This document shows, piece after piece, positions 1 to 9,600 of a DNA stretch of 64,000 nucleotides; within the stretch, counting starts at the first letter, position 1, and every line of letters begins with the position of its first letter. Made by a program: the position numbers and the translations under genes. The stretch is from Chlamydiia bacterium (GTDB lineage: Bacteria; Chlamydiota; Chlamydiia; Chlamydiales; GCA-2402025), in contig JAJACS010000001.1 of assembly GCA_022601395.1 (NCBI GenBank), forward strand, positions 10,299 to 74,298. The letters run 5' to 3'. A model generated the notes under the pieces. The model saw only the letters and a program-made list of their open reading frames with translations. It searched no databases and was not told the origin of the DNA.

Positions 1-369
1 CTCTAGCTTCATTATGGCTAAAGGCATGCCCGTATTGCCTCTAAGTGTGATGTAGCTTTCTTCTTGTAGTTTAGTAGCCACAGACTCTTCTACTGATAAA
101 ACGACTGGTATTGGCCATAAATTTCCATCACATAACCTACAGTTTTCGACTACAGACTTATAGTCTTCCTCACCCAAAAAAGTATTTAGCGGAGAGAATC
201 CACCACACAAAAGCATTTCCAGATCACAGAGCTGTCTCTCATTTAATATTACTGATTTATATCTACTTGACTCTTGGATTAAAGCTCTTTGCCCCCTTTC
301 TTCAGAAAGGCAGTAAGGCAGAGAAAATATTGAAACAAAAAACACTATAGATAGAAAAAATCTCTTCAT
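1..369 (-). CDS. sat: sulfate adenylyltransferase (ATP sulfurylase), N-terminal part; the gene runs off the left edge
   Basis: Absent from the ORF track because it is open at the window edge. Reverse-strand translation from ATG 369: MKRFFLSIVFFVSIFSLPYCLSEERGQRALIQESSRYKSVILNERQLCDLEMLLCGGFSPLNTFLGEEDYKSVVENCRLCDGNLWPIPVVLSVEE... The CDLE-LL-GGFSPL-F..DY..V...RL..G.LWPIP block is the conserved N-terminal domain pattern of ATP sulfurylases. An in-frame TAA six codons upstream fixes the start. Confidence 0.6.
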   Translation of the reverse strand, partial: MKRFFLSIVFFVSIFSLPYCLSEERGQRALIQESSRYKSVILNERQLCDLEMLLCGGFSPLNTFLGEEDYKSVVENCRLCDGNLWPIPVVLSVEESVATKLQEESYITLRGNTGMPLAIMKLE

Positions 370-591
370 TGAGAACTCATTTGTTTAATTTTTAATATTT
401 GTAAAAACTAAACTGATGCCGATATTTTACAAAAGAATTATTTTGTTAATAACTAGATAGAGCTTTAGAAAACTTCCTATCCCAATACAGTCTTAAAGAT
501 AGCTACAGCTGCCTGTTTAGTCTTTTTTTGACCCCTAGCTATAAAGAGCTAGCACAATATTACTCAAAAAGCTGAAATCATGTGACTTCAA

Positions 592-620
592 TTGCGGATA
601 AATAAATAAGTCCCTATAAT
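592..620 (+). promoter_or_regulatory. candidate sigma-70/66-type promoter upstream of greA
   Basis: TTGCGG (592-597), 17-nt spacer, TATAAT (615-620), 73 nt upstream of the greA ATG. Pattern match only. Confidence 0.3.
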
Positions 621-692
621 CCTTTGTTTTAACGATGGCACTTTAGGAATAACCTAAAACCTCTGATAATAATCACAAGTTAAGGGACGTCA

Positions 693-2852
693 ATGCAGTA
701 CTTCAAACAGTTTCACCAAAACCTTGTTAACAGAGATTACTCCTCATTCTTAAGCCTTTGGGATGAGTATTGTTCAGGAGATGAGCTCGATGAGGATGAA
801 ATGATCCGAGTGCTGGAAGATGTCAAAGCTTCTGAATTTTGTGAGTCCTTTGGAAGATATGTAGATAAAGCACTTCCTTTATGGGAAACTCTTGGTGAGA
901 GCCCAAAAGCACATGCTATTTTCAAGTTGATTATAGATTTACAGACTTCAAACGATGAAGAGCTTGGGGTTATGGCTTATGAATATGTGAAAAAAAGGTT
1001 TGAAAGCACAAACAACTTTGAACATATGCTAAAGCTTGTTGGCCTAAGAAACATGAGAAACTTCCAAGGTTCTGTAAGCAACATGGAGCTTCTTTGCCAC
1101 ATGCACAAAGGAAACTTTGTCTTCCACACAGGTGGCTGGGGTGTTGGCGAAATTATGGACATTTCTTTTCTAAGGGAACAGATGAGCCTTGAGTTCGACT
1201 ATGTTGCAGGCAGAAAAGACTTATCTTTCCAGAATGCGTTTAAGAACTTGCTTCCGATACCTAAGGAACATTTCCTAGCAAGACGCTTTGGAGATCCAGA
1301 TGGTCTAGAAACATTTGCAAGAGAAAACCCGATTGAAGTGATCAAAATACTACTAAAGGATCTTGGCCCAAGATCTGCAGCTGAGATAAAAGAAGAGTTA
1401 TGTGAGCTTGTAATTCCTACAGAAGAGTGGACTAAATGGTGGCAGTCTACTAGATCAAAAATCAAAAAGGATACTTCTATTGAAGTTCCTTCAGATTTAA
1501 GAGACCCTTTCAAACTAAGAGATGTTGAAATAGGCCACGAGGAAAGACTCCAAAGAGCTCTTGATAAAAAGCCTGACCTTAACACACTTATTCAACTCGT
1601 ATATTCTTTCTTAAGAGACTTCCCAACTACTCTTAAAAACGAAGAATTTAAGACTTCACTTCAGGGAAAGCTTGCTGAAGCACTTGGTCTCGAAGACCTA
1701 ACTGAATCACAAAGACTTCAACTACGCTTTTTCCTAGAAGATCTCAGCCCTCAAGAAGATCACAAGGAAATCGAAGAGATTATTAAAAACTTTACCTCTA
1801 TTGATTCTGTGATCAATAACATACAAGTGATAGCTTTTAAGAAAAGAGCTCTTGTTCAGGTTCGAAAAGTCAGAGATGACTGGGTGAATGTTTTCTTTGA
1901 TTTACTTTGGAAAGTTGATCAGAACCCTCTTAGAGATTATCTCCTTACTGAGCTTCTCGGTGCTGGTAAAGAAGAGGATGTGAAAACAAAACTGCAAACA
2001 CTACTTGAGCATCCAGGACGTCACCCTCAGTCTCTGCTTTGGTATTTCAAAAAAGTCATGTCTAAGGCAAAAATCCCAATGGCTGACCAAAAAGGGAAAA
2101 GTAAGTTTTTTGAAGCTTTCTTGATTCTACTAAGCATTCTTGATAGATCAGGTCCTTCTAATAGAGACCTAGTTAAGAAGATGCTTGCTTTCATTACAAA
2201 TGGAAGATACGCGATTGTGAGAAAGATATTCCAAAATGCCTCAATTGAAGAAGTTCAAGAGTTTTTGCTACTTGCTACAAAATGCCACTGCTTCACTGAT
2301 CATGACATTAAAATCTTCCACTCTCTCGGCGAAGTTGTTCACCCTTCTCTTGCTAAGATGAGAAAGAAATACACTGAAGAAGAAGAGGAAGAAGTCATCT
2401 GGACAACAGAGCAAGGACTACAAAAAGTTAAATCTCGCATTGAAGAGATCGCAACAGTTGAAACTGTTGAGAATGCTAAGGAAATCGAAGATGCAAGAGC
2501 TCTTGGAGACCTTAGAGAAAACGCTGAGTTTAAGTCTGCTCTTGAAAGAAGAGATCGCCTACAAGGAGAACTTAAGTTCCTTTCTGAGCAGGTGAATAAG
2601 GCTCAAGTAATCCTCAAAGAAAACATCACTACTGACGCAGTAGGTATAGGTGTAATTGTTGAGTGTGAAGATCCAAAAGGAAGTAACACAGCTTATACGC
2701 TTCTTGGACCTTGGGATGCCAATACAGATGAAAACATTCTTTCTTTCCAGTCAAAGTTGGCTAAAGACATCACAGGCTTAAAAGTTGGTGACTCATTTAA
2801 AGTACAAAATGTAGAATACAAAATTAAGAAACTTAAAAGTTATTTTGTGTAG
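693..2852 (+). CDS. greA: transcription elongation factor GreA, long chlamydial form
   Basis: The C-terminal ~160 aa carry the GreA coiled coil and globular domain (ARALGDLRENAEFKSALERRDRLQGELKFL...). The ~550-aa N-terminal extension is the architecture known for Chlamydia GreA (~715 aa). Confidence 0.85.
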   Translation: MQYFKQFHQNLVNRDYSSFLSLWDEYCSGDELDEDEMIRVLEDVKASEFCESFGRYVDKALPLWETLGESPKAHAIFKLIIDLQTSNDEELGVMAYEYVKKRFESTNNFEHMLKLVGLRNMRNFQGSVSNMELLCHMHKGNFVFHTGGWGVGEIMDISFLREQMSLEFDYVAGRKDLSFQNAFKNLLPIPKEHFLARRFGDPDGLETFARENPIEVIKILLKDLGPRSAAEIKEELCELVIPTEEWTKWWQSTRSKIKKDTSIEVPSDLRDPFKLRDVEIGHEERLQRALDKKPDLNTLIQLVYSFLRDFPTTLKNEEFKTSLQGKLAEALGLEDLTESQRLQLRFFLEDLSPQEDHKEIEEIIKNFTSIDSVINNIQVIAFKKRALVQVRKVRDDWVNVFFDLLWKVDQNPLRDYLLTELLGAGKEEDVKTKLQTLLEHPGRHPQSLLWYFKKVMSKAKIPMADQKGKSKFFEAFLILLSILDRSGPSNRDLVKKMLAFITNGRYAIVRKIFQNASIEEVQEFLLLATKCHCFTDHDIKIFHSLGEVVHPSLAKMRKKYTEEEEEEVIWTTEQGLQKVKSRIEEIATVETVENAKEIEDARALGDLRENAEFKSALERRDRLQGELKFLSEQVNKAQVILKENITTDAVGIGVIVECEDPKGSNTAYTLLGPWDANTDENILSFQSKLAKDITGLKVGDSFKVQNVEYKIKKLKSYFV

Positions 2853-2885
2853 CGCTTTTTAAGCCTTTTGTAGGAAACATTTTAT

Positions 2886-3482
2886 ATGAAATTTGTCATT
2901 GCAAGCTCTAATCTTCATAAAGTCCGTGAGATGAGATCTATGTTGAAAGAGTTTTCAACAATAGAGTTTTTGTCTCTTAGGGATTTTCCCGACTATGTAC
3001 CTCCTGAAGAAACGGGAGAAACTTTCAAAGAGAATGCAGAAATCAAAGCTATTCATGCAGCAAAGCATCTAGATTGTGTCGCAATCGGCGATGACTCAGG
3101 TCTTGTAGTACCGGCTCTAAACGGAGAACCTGGTGTTTATAGTGCAAGATATGCTGGGGCACACGCTAATGATCAAGAGAACAGAGAAAAGCTAATTGCT
3201 AAACTTAAATCACTTCCTATTGAGAAACGTATTGGGTATTTCGAATGCTGCATAGCTATTGCTACCAAAGATGGCATCAAGAAAAGCGTCTGTGGAAATT
3301 GTGAAGGTGAACTTTTAGATACACCAAGAGGCTCTCAGGGTTTTGGTTATGATCCGATCTTTTTGAAGCACAACTATAGAAAGACGTTTGCTGAACTAGA
3401 GTCTGATACAAAAAATCGTATTTCACATAGAAGAAAGGCACTTGATAAAGTTGAGCCAACTCTCTACTCGCTTAGTAGATAA
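2886..3482 (+). CDS. rdgB: dITP/XTP pyrophosphatase (RdgB/HAM1 family)
   Basis: Motifs KFVIASSNLHKVREM, GDDSGLVVPALNGEPGVYSARYAG, GFGYDPIF and ISHRRKAL. Confidence 0.85.
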   Translation: MKFVIASSNLHKVREMRSMLKEFSTIEFLSLRDFPDYVPPEETGETFKENAEIKAIHAAKHLDCVAIGDDSGLVVPALNGEPGVYSARYAGAHANDQENREKLIAKLKSLPIEKRIGYFECCIAIATKDGIKKSVCGNCEGELLDTPRGSQGFGYDPIFLKHNYRKTFAELESDTKNRISHRRKALDKVEPTLYSLSR

Positions 3483-3484
3483 CC

Positions 3485-3973
3485 ATGCACTATTACATTG
3501 ATGGTTATAATCTCCTGTTCCGAATATTCGAGGATGTCGATCCTTTAAGAGAGAAAAGGGAAACTGTCATTGAGACACTTCAATCTACACTCTCTGATGT
3601 AAAACTGAAGCTTTCGATTGTTTTTGATAGCAGGTTTGAACTTTCAGAAGACTTCCCCTCAAGACTCAGTAGAGGATCTCTTGAAATCATCTATTCTCCT
3701 AAAGGACTTTGTGCAGATAAGTACATCATAGAACTCCTTTCTTTCGTAAAACACCCCAAAGCTACAACTGTTGTTACTTCTGACAACCATTTAGCTCTAG
3801 AAGTAAAATCACTGGGAGCTCAAACAAAATCGATTGATGAGTTTTTAGAGTATCTAGGAAGAAAAAGAGACGCGAAGTTTCGAAAGGATGAAAAGCTAAC
3901 ATCAGAATCATCGTATGATTTCGACAGACTTCTCAATGCTTTTGAAAAAAAGCTCCATGAAGATGATAAGTAG
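3485..3973 (+). CDS. NYN/PIN-like domain protein (YacP/Rae1-like)
   Basis: YIDGYNLL at the N-terminus, then IVFDS and VVTSDN, in the order typical of YacP-type NYN domains. Confidence 0.55.
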   Translation: MHYYIDGYNLLFRIFEDVDPLREKRETVIETLQSTLSDVKLKLSIVFDSRFELSEDFPSRLSRGSLEIIYSPKGLCADKYIIELLSFVKHPKATTVVTSDNHLALEVKSLGAQTKSIDEFLEYLGRKRDAKFRKDEKLTSESSYDFDRLLNAFEKKLHEDDK

Positions 3974-4772
3974 GATACCACCTGCGGATCAAATATCCTT
4001 TTTCTAAAAAATCGTTTCTTTTACTTGTATTCATAGGTGTTTTGTTTTCAATCTCTTCAATTTGCTGTAACCTATCCTGTATTTTAGTTTTAAACACACA
4101 ACCTCTGCATGCGCGAGATTCTATTGTGTAGGTATCATCTAAAACAAAAAGCACATGTGTATGCCAGATGATCGCATCAAGAGGTTTTAACATTTTTAGA
4201 ACTTCACTTGCGGACTTGCCTTCTATATTTAGCGGCTCTCCCATCTCTTGCATCCAAGAGGAATTCCTTGGACATGCGCCATTTGTAGCTTCATATAACA
4301 TGCCTGAGCAATCCACTCCGCTAAATGTCCAGTTCGCCTGCTCAAGTTTTGAGAGCTTTCCCTCCTCCGGTATCGGGTAAAGCTTCTTCATTTCTTCTAT
4401 ACCAGAGCTCACGTTACCACCCCATATATAGGGGAGATCAAGCATGCTCTCAAAGCTCTTTAATATCTCCTTGTCTATAACCGGTTCTTTTTTAGTCACT
4501 TCCGGAACCCCCTCTGTAAATTCTATGAAACGGCGGTCTATATATAAGGGGGAATCACTTGGGTACCCAGGGTATTTCACCTCTAAAATGGTGTCTGATA
4601 CCTCAGATTTACACTTAAATACCTCACCCTCAAGCGCTATCATCTCTAGAGGCCTCAGCAGACCTATCTCATCCAGTAAAATTTGTTGATCATGCCCCCC
4701 AAACACACGGGAAAAATCACTCCTGTTTAATATAGGGGTAGGCATGTTTGCAATTGCATAGGGTTTCATCAA
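3933..4772 (-). CDS. NlpC/P60 (C40) family cell-wall peptidase-like protein
   Basis: Catalytic-Cys motif GVDCSGMLYEA and a downstream His region DAIIWHTHVLFVL. Its 3' end overlaps the convergent NYN gene by 41 nt. Confidence 0.6.
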   Translation of the reverse strand: MMKPYAIANMPTPILNRSDFSRVFGGHDQQILLDEIGLLRPLEMIALEGEVFKCKSEVSDTILEVKYPGYPSDSPLYIDRRFIEFTEGVPEVTKKEPVIDKEILKSFESMLDLPYIWGGNVSSGIEEMKKLYPIPEEGKLSKLEQANWTFSGVDCSGMLYEATNGACPRNSSWMQEMGEPLNIEGKSASEVLKMLKPLDAIIWHTHVLFVLDDTYTIESRACRGCVFKTKIQDRLQQIEEIENKTPMNTSKRNDFLEKGYLIRRWYPTYHLHGAFFQKH

Positions 4773-4866
4773 AATCCTCTACTAGTAATAACCTTGAATA
4801 AAAAGTGTTTACACTCTAAATTTTGATTCAATGAATCATTTATACACATTTATGATAGGGATCCAA

Positions 4867-6486
4867 ATGAAAAATATAAAGTACACAGCTCTTGTTTTAA
4901 TGAGCATGGCACTGCTCTTTACTGGGTGCAGCAATCCGAAAGATAAAAAGACAAAGCCTCACTCATACCAAGCTGCAAAGCAGACTCTCCGAATTAACAT
5001 CTGTACAGAACCAGGAACTCTTGATCCAAGAAAAGCGCGAGCTTTAAACGATATTAATGTTATTAAAATGCTTCAAGAAGGACTCACTCGTATAAATTTT
5101 GAAGGTTCTGTAAAACTTGCACTTGCAGAAAACATTGAACTTTCAGAAGACCAAAAAACTTATACAATCAAAATCAAAGATGCTAGGTGGTCCAATGGCG
5201 ACGCTATCACCTCTTATGACTTTGCACATGCATGGAAAAAAGCTCTTTCTCCGACGTTTCCAGCTCCAAATGCAAACCTACTTTACTTCATAAGAAACGC
5301 GCAAAAGGTGAAGGAAGGATTACTACCATCAAGTATGCTTGGTGTTACAACACCTGATACAGAAACACTTGTTGTAAAGCTTGATAAGCCGGCTCCTTTT
5401 TTTAAAGAGCTTCTAGCATCTCCTACTTACTTCCCTGTTCACTCTATCACAGATAAAACAATACCATCTTGGTCTGATAACGCAGAAACCTATATCAGCT
5501 GCGGTCCTTTTAAATTAAAATCCTGGAAGCATTCAAACAACCTCGTTGTAGAAAAGAACGAGGGGTACTTTGATCAAGATGAAGTCAAATTGCAAGAGAT
5601 TCATATGTGTATGGTTTCAGCAGAAACAGGGTTCAACATGTATCAAAATGGAGAACTTGACTGGGAAGGATCCCCTCTTTCACTTCTTCCCCTTGATGCA
5701 ATGGATACACTTAAAGAAAACAATCAGCTAAAGACACAGGCTGTTTTATCTACTACTTTTCTAAGAACAAATATCAGAAAAGCTCCTTTTAATAGTGAGA
5801 AGGTTAGAAAAGCTTTCGCTTATGCTCTTGATAGAAAAACCATCATCAATGATTTACTATCTGGACATCCTGACTTTGCAACAGGGCTTGTTCCAAAAGT
5901 TATGGGGCTACGAAAGGAAGAATATTTTACAGACAATCAGTCTGAAGATGTTAAAAGGCTCGTTGAGTCCGCAATAAACGACAGTAGCATCTCTCGTAGA
6001 GACCTAAATAAGATTAAGCTGACATTTATCTCACGTGAAAAAAACTATCGTCTTGCGCAGGTGCTGCAGCAACAAATCAAAGAAAACCTCGGTGTTGACT
6101 TAGAACTTGATCCTGTAGAAGCTCAAGTATACTTTAGTCGCATTTCCAGCCAGGACTACCAAATTACTATAAGCTCTTGGGAAGCAGACTTTAGAGATCC
6201 AATCAACTTCCTAGAAGTTTTCAAAACAAGAGATGTTGGAACAAACAATACCAACTGGGGAAATGATAATTACCTCGCCATGCTAGAAAAATCATATGAC
6301 ATCCAAAACATGACCGAGAGAATGGCTCTTCTTAAAGAGTGCGAGGCTCTTCTTATCGATGAGATGCCTATCATTCCTCTTTTTCATGGAAAGATGCACT
6401 ATGTTAAAAACAGCAAAGTCCGAGATGTCGTTTTCTCACAGAGTGGGGGTATAGACTTTAAATGGGCTTTTATAGATAACAAGTAA
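4867..6486 (+). CDS. oppA: ABC transporter oligopeptide-binding lipoprotein (family 5 SBP, OppA-like)
   Basis: The track ORF starts at 4831. ATG 4867 gives MKNIKYTALVLMSMALLFTGC with a lipobox (LFTGC). LRINICTEPGTLDPRKA and the overall length fit family-5 substrate-binding proteins. Confidence 0.75.
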   Translation: MKNIKYTALVLMSMALLFTGCSNPKDKKTKPHSYQAAKQTLRINICTEPGTLDPRKARALNDINVIKMLQEGLTRINFEGSVKLALAENIELSEDQKTYTIKIKDARWSNGDAITSYDFAHAWKKALSPTFPAPNANLLYFIRNAQKVKEGLLPSSMLGVTTPDTETLVVKLDKPAPFFKELLASPTYFPVHSITDKTIPSWSDNAETYISCGPFKLKSWKHSNNLVVEKNEGYFDQDEVKLQEIHMCMVSAETGFNMYQNGELDWEGSPLSLLPLDAMDTLKENNQLKTQAVLSTTFLRTNIRKAPFNSEKVRKAFAYALDRKTIINDLLSGHPDFATGLVPKVMGLRKEEYFTDNQSEDVKRLVESAINDSSISRRDLNKIKLTFISREKNYRLAQVLQQQIKENLGVDLELDPVEAQVYFSRISSQDYQITISSWEADFRDPINFLEVFKTRDVGTNNTNWGNDNYLAMLEKSYDIQNMTERMALLKECEALLIDEMPIIPLFHGKMHYVKNSKVRDVVFSQSGGIDFKWAFIDNK

Positions 6487-6513
6487 CAGAGAATATTATA
6501 AAAGGGGGCCCAT

Positions 6514-7032
6514 GTGAGTAAGAAGTTTTTTCTTTTTGTTTTTTCAAGCGCCCTCTTTTTTTGTTCACTACAGTCTGCTTCTGTAAAAATCTTAAACGAC
6601 TCCCCTTTTCCGCTAAGTGCACTCGTCATGTCTCAAAACGGAAAAATTCTTGGTAGACAAGCGGTTGATACACAGCAGCAGGTGGTTTGGCAAAATAGCA
6701 ATCTTCAATCGCAAAATAGTTCTCAAGCTCCCTTTACTGTAATTTTCCATTGCCCCGATGGTACTGTATATGGAACTGTGCCAGGAGTTGCATCTGCTGG
6801 TATGGTTATGGCATCCACTGCTCAAGGCAATCGTTTTTGTAAACCTGTAAAAAAGAAAGGCCAACAACAAGGTCAAGACGGCAAACAGGGACAAAGCAAG
6901 CAGGCTGAAGATCTAGACGAAAAAAAGCAGCAACAGCTAGAAAAGTACTTTAAAGAAAAGCCAGATCCTGAAGTTCAGTTTAAACCTAAACCTATCAATC
7001 CGCAGCAGTGGTCAGATCAGGATCGCTTCTAA
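6514..7032 (+). CDS. secreted hypothetical protein with a Q/K-rich C-terminus
   Basis: GTG start preceded by AAAGGGGG. Signal peptide MSKKFFLFVFSSALFFCSLQSASV. No recognisable family. Confidence 0.5.
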   Translation: MSKKFFLFVFSSALFFCSLQSASVKILNDSPFPLSALVMSQNGKILGRQAVDTQQQVVWQNSNLQSQNSSQAPFTVIFHCPDGTVYGTVPGVASAGMVMASTAQGNRFCKPVKKKGQQQGQDGKQGQSKQAEDLDEKKQQQLEKYFKEKPDPEVQFKPKPINPQQWSDQDRF

Positions 7033-7574
7033 AAAAGCACAACGTGATCGAGTTTTTTATCATGCTCTTCTACGGGAAGAGGGTCTCCCACAAACTGCTC
7101 TTTAAACCCAACACCTACTGTGATGGTGTTTTCAAGTTTATGGATAAAACGGTCGAAGTGTCCCTTTCCGTATCCTAGCCTATGGTTGTATTCATCAAAA
7201 CCAAGAGCAGGTACTAAAGCGCAGTGAATATTTAACTCAGAATGCTTTTTTGCTGTTTTAGGATCAGGCTCTAAGATGCCATAGGTCGACTTAACCAATT
7301 CCTTTTTGATATCTGAAACTAGATAAATAGAGATACTATCGTTCTCTATTCTAGGAAGAAGAAGCCTTCCTTCTTTGCATAAGGTTTCATTAAGAAGCCA
7401 CATGTTGATTTCATCGCCAAAGCTTGCAAAAGAAAGAACTCCACTATACCCAACAAGAGATGGATAGAGATCATCCAAGAGATGTTTTTCAGCTTCTTTT
7501 CTTCGCTCAAGGGAAATCTTACTGCGCTTCTCTTTAAAAAATAAACGAAGGGCTTTTTTTTCTTCACTCTTCAA
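7029..7574 (-). CDS. 5-formyltetrahydrofolate cyclo-ligase
   Basis: LLLPRI..., ILEPD and ALVPALGFDEYNHRLGYGKGHFDRF match the MTHFS family pattern. Confidence 0.7.
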   Translation of the reverse strand: MKSEEKKALRLFFKEKRSKISLERRKEAEKHLLDDLYPSLVGYSGVLSFASFGDEINMWLLNETLCKEGRLLLPRIENDSISIYLVSDIKKELVKSTYGILEPDPKTAKKHSELNIHCALVPALGFDEYNHRLGYGKGHFDRFIHKLENTITVGVGFKEQFVGDPLPVEEHDKKLDHVVLF

Positions 7575-8841
7575 CAGGGTTACCTTTTTGATAATGTACT
7601 TTTCTTAAGAAATATCCATCTTTATCATATAAAGTAGCATTGCCAGATCCATTACTAACAGAAGAAACAGGTGCGTTGTTGCCTTTCTTCATATAAAGAC
7701 CTTTTGCTAGAGTGTCATTCTCATACTCTTCTATCAGCATGACATCTCCGTTCATATACCAAGCGGTAGAGGGACCATTTTTCTTATTGTTGAACATCTC
7801 TCTTTCGCTCTCAAGGTTGCCATTTAGGTACCAGGATTTCACTCTACCCTGCAACTTCCCTTCATACCAATTAAAACACATTTTTTTCTGCTTTGGATTA
7901 CCCGTAATGACATAATAGATCCATTCTTCTCCGTGCTTGTCTCCATTTTTTAGAATGTGCTCTGAATGAAGAGCTCCGTTTGATGCATAGTGGTAGACTT
8001 TTCCGTCTTGCCGTCCATTCTTAAATTCGAGTTGCTTCGAAAGCAGTCCATCATCATAAAGAGTCTGGAGTCCACTACCGTCGTTTACTTTTGAGATGAC
8101 TTTATTATCAAAGTCATAATAAACAGCAGAAAGCAGTTTTCCTTCTGAGTACTCCTCATGAAATTTAGGACATGACTTAGATCCAAAATATTCTGAAACC
8201 CCGTCTTTTAGACCTTTTTTAAAGTGGATGGACCCAATGACCTCTCCTTCTTCATTATAAAGTATTTCTTCACCGTGAATTTCATTTTTATGAAAAGGTA
8301 CTCTCTTCTTAAGAGTTCCATCAGGAAAGTAATAAAGAGCTTCTTCATTAAGCTCTCCTTTTGAATAGGTGATTTTAGCGATCATGTGACCCTTCTCATC
8401 AAAGGCGACACATTCCTTATCAAATACCCAAGATGCCATAGCATCTTCCGATACATCACCAAGTCCTTCAACGATATGAGCAAGTACTTTTTGCCTGCCA
8501 TTTGGGTGCCACTCTTTATAGGAGCCGTTAGCTCTTCCATTCTCTACTTCTAGGTATTGTGCAACTTCCCCGTTCTCATGATAGCTTGTGACAGCAGATA
8601 GAATTTTCCCTTTAGCACTTCTTTGGAAAAGCCTTACTACCTTTGTATAAGGCTGCGGCTCCATAAAATCTGTATTCTTGTATATATCCAAACGATCTTG
8701 AGAACTTATCGTTTCGTTAAAACCATTCCGGTCAATCAGCTGAAGGCTAATCATTTTGGGTTCTTTATCATCTACATTTCTTGAACATCCTGCAAAAAAT
8801 ATTGCAGCACAGCTCACGAATAAAAAAGCCTTTTTCATCAT
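7564..8841 (-). CDS. MORN-repeat-variant (YwqK-like) lipoprotein
   Basis: Lipoprotein signal MMKKAFLFVSCAAIFFAGCS. Many ~23-aa repeats of the type G.-Y-.NG.....-....G...G (YHENGEVAQYLEVENGRANGSYKEWHPNGRQK, and so on). Confidence 0.65.
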   Translation of the reverse strand: MMKKAFLFVSCAAIFFAGCSRNVDDKEPKMISLQLIDRNGFNETISSQDRLDIYKNTDFMEPQPYTKVVRLFQRSAKGKILSAVTSYHENGEVAQYLEVENGRANGSYKEWHPNGRQKVLAHIVEGLGDVSEDAMASWVFDKECVAFDEKGHMIAKITYSKGELNEEALYYFPDGTLKKRVPFHKNEIHGEEILYNEEGEVIGSIHFKKGLKDGVSEYFGSKSCPKFHEEYSEGKLLSAVYYDFDNKVISKVNDGSGLQTLYDDGLLSKQLEFKNGRQDGKVYHYASNGALHSEHILKNGDKHGEEWIYYVITGNPKQKKMCFNWYEGKLQGRVKSWYLNGNLESEREMFNNKKNGPSTAWYMNGDVMLIEEYENDTLAKGLYMKKGNNAPVSSVSNGSGNATLYDKDGYFLRKVHYQKGNPVEE

Positions 8842-8916
8842 CTATTCCTCTATGATCTTAGCCGAAAGAGTATACTAAAAGAAGATCCACAAAACAAAGC
8901 ATTTTAATAATGATTA

Positions 8917-9600
8917 CTACTTGATAATTCTTTCAATCAAACTAAAATCACAGTTGTATGTGTCATAGTCATTTGAGAGCGTTTTACGCTCCATGGAGAA
9001 ATGCTTGAACAGCAGTTGCGGCTTTTCTTTTGGGTGGATAGGAGTCTCTATTTGAGTAAGAAGACTCTTTATATCTTTATGATCCATTTCTACTCCTTCA
9101 CTTAAAGTATAGTGGACTTCCTGCAGATCTTTTTTTTCTGATTCAGATGTTCGTTCTAGACTTACTTGGTTTTTCTTGATGATCCCGAGTCTTGTAAGAA
9201 GTGACTTGCTCTGTGAGAGCTCCTTTTGCTCAAGAAAAGCTTGCAGGGCTTTACTTTCAGAGTTTAAGAATACTTCATCTTCAAACATCTCCTTTAAAAA
9301 GCCTTTGTTTGCATTGTGAAGCTTTTCTAAAAAGCTTGTTTCTCTTTGCCTAAGTATTGTGGTTTTTTTCGCTTTTGCTTCGAGCATGTCAAGTAACTCG
9401 TCTGCCTGGCAAAATAGATCATACTTTGCTTTTGCAGAGTGAGCGACAAATAGAAAAGGGACGAGAAACATCCCAATAAAAATAAGTACCGCTACAGGAT
9501 AGAAAAGTACCCGACTTTTATTTACTTTTAAAAACTGCTCAATTCCTGCGCTACATTTTTGGCGCAGATTCGAGGAAAAAAGTTGCCCCATAAATTCCAC
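8917..9600 (-). CDS. hypothetical single-pass membrane protein (possible GspM/PilO-like partner)
   Basis: One TM helix (VLFYPVAVLIFIGMFLVPFLFVA) followed by a coiled, charged domain. It is translationally coupled (50-nt overlap) to the upstream PilM/GspL-like gene. The family call is architectural only. Confidence 0.4.
   Translation of the reverse strand: MEFMGQLFSSNLRQKCSAGIEQFLKVNKSRVLFYPVAVLIFIGMFLVPFLFVAHSAKAKYDLFCQADELLDMLEAKAKKTTILRQRETSFLEKLHNANKGFLKEMFEDEVFLNSESKALQAFLEQKELSQSKSLLTRLGIIKKNQVSLERTSESEKKDLQEVHYTLSEGVEMDHKDIKSLLTQIETPIHPKEKPQLLFKHFSMERKTLSNDYDTYNCDFSLIERIIK

Noticed and set aside
111-350. 79-aa plus-strand ORF from the track
   Set aside because: It lies entirely antisense to the ATP-sulfurylase coding sequence (1-369, minus strand), which has clear family motifs. 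It has no SD and no motif of its own.
2376-2394. GAA/GAG repeat (gaagaagaagaggaagaag) inside greA
   Set aside because: It simply encodes an in-frame poly-Glu linker (TEEEEEEV) between the N-terminal extension and the GreA domain. It is not a phase-variation tract in any obvious sense.
693-2852. Unusually long GreA (719 aa) as a possible novel fusion
   Set aside because: The long N-terminal extension is the known form of GreA in Chlamydia. It works as a taxonomic marker here, not as a novelty.
3933-3973. 41-nt overlap of the 3' ends of convergent genes (NYN-domain and NlpC/P60-like) as a possible antisense regulatory arrangement
   Set aside because: Both stop codons are unambiguous and the overlap is short. 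This is common in compact genomes and nothing points to a specific mechanism.
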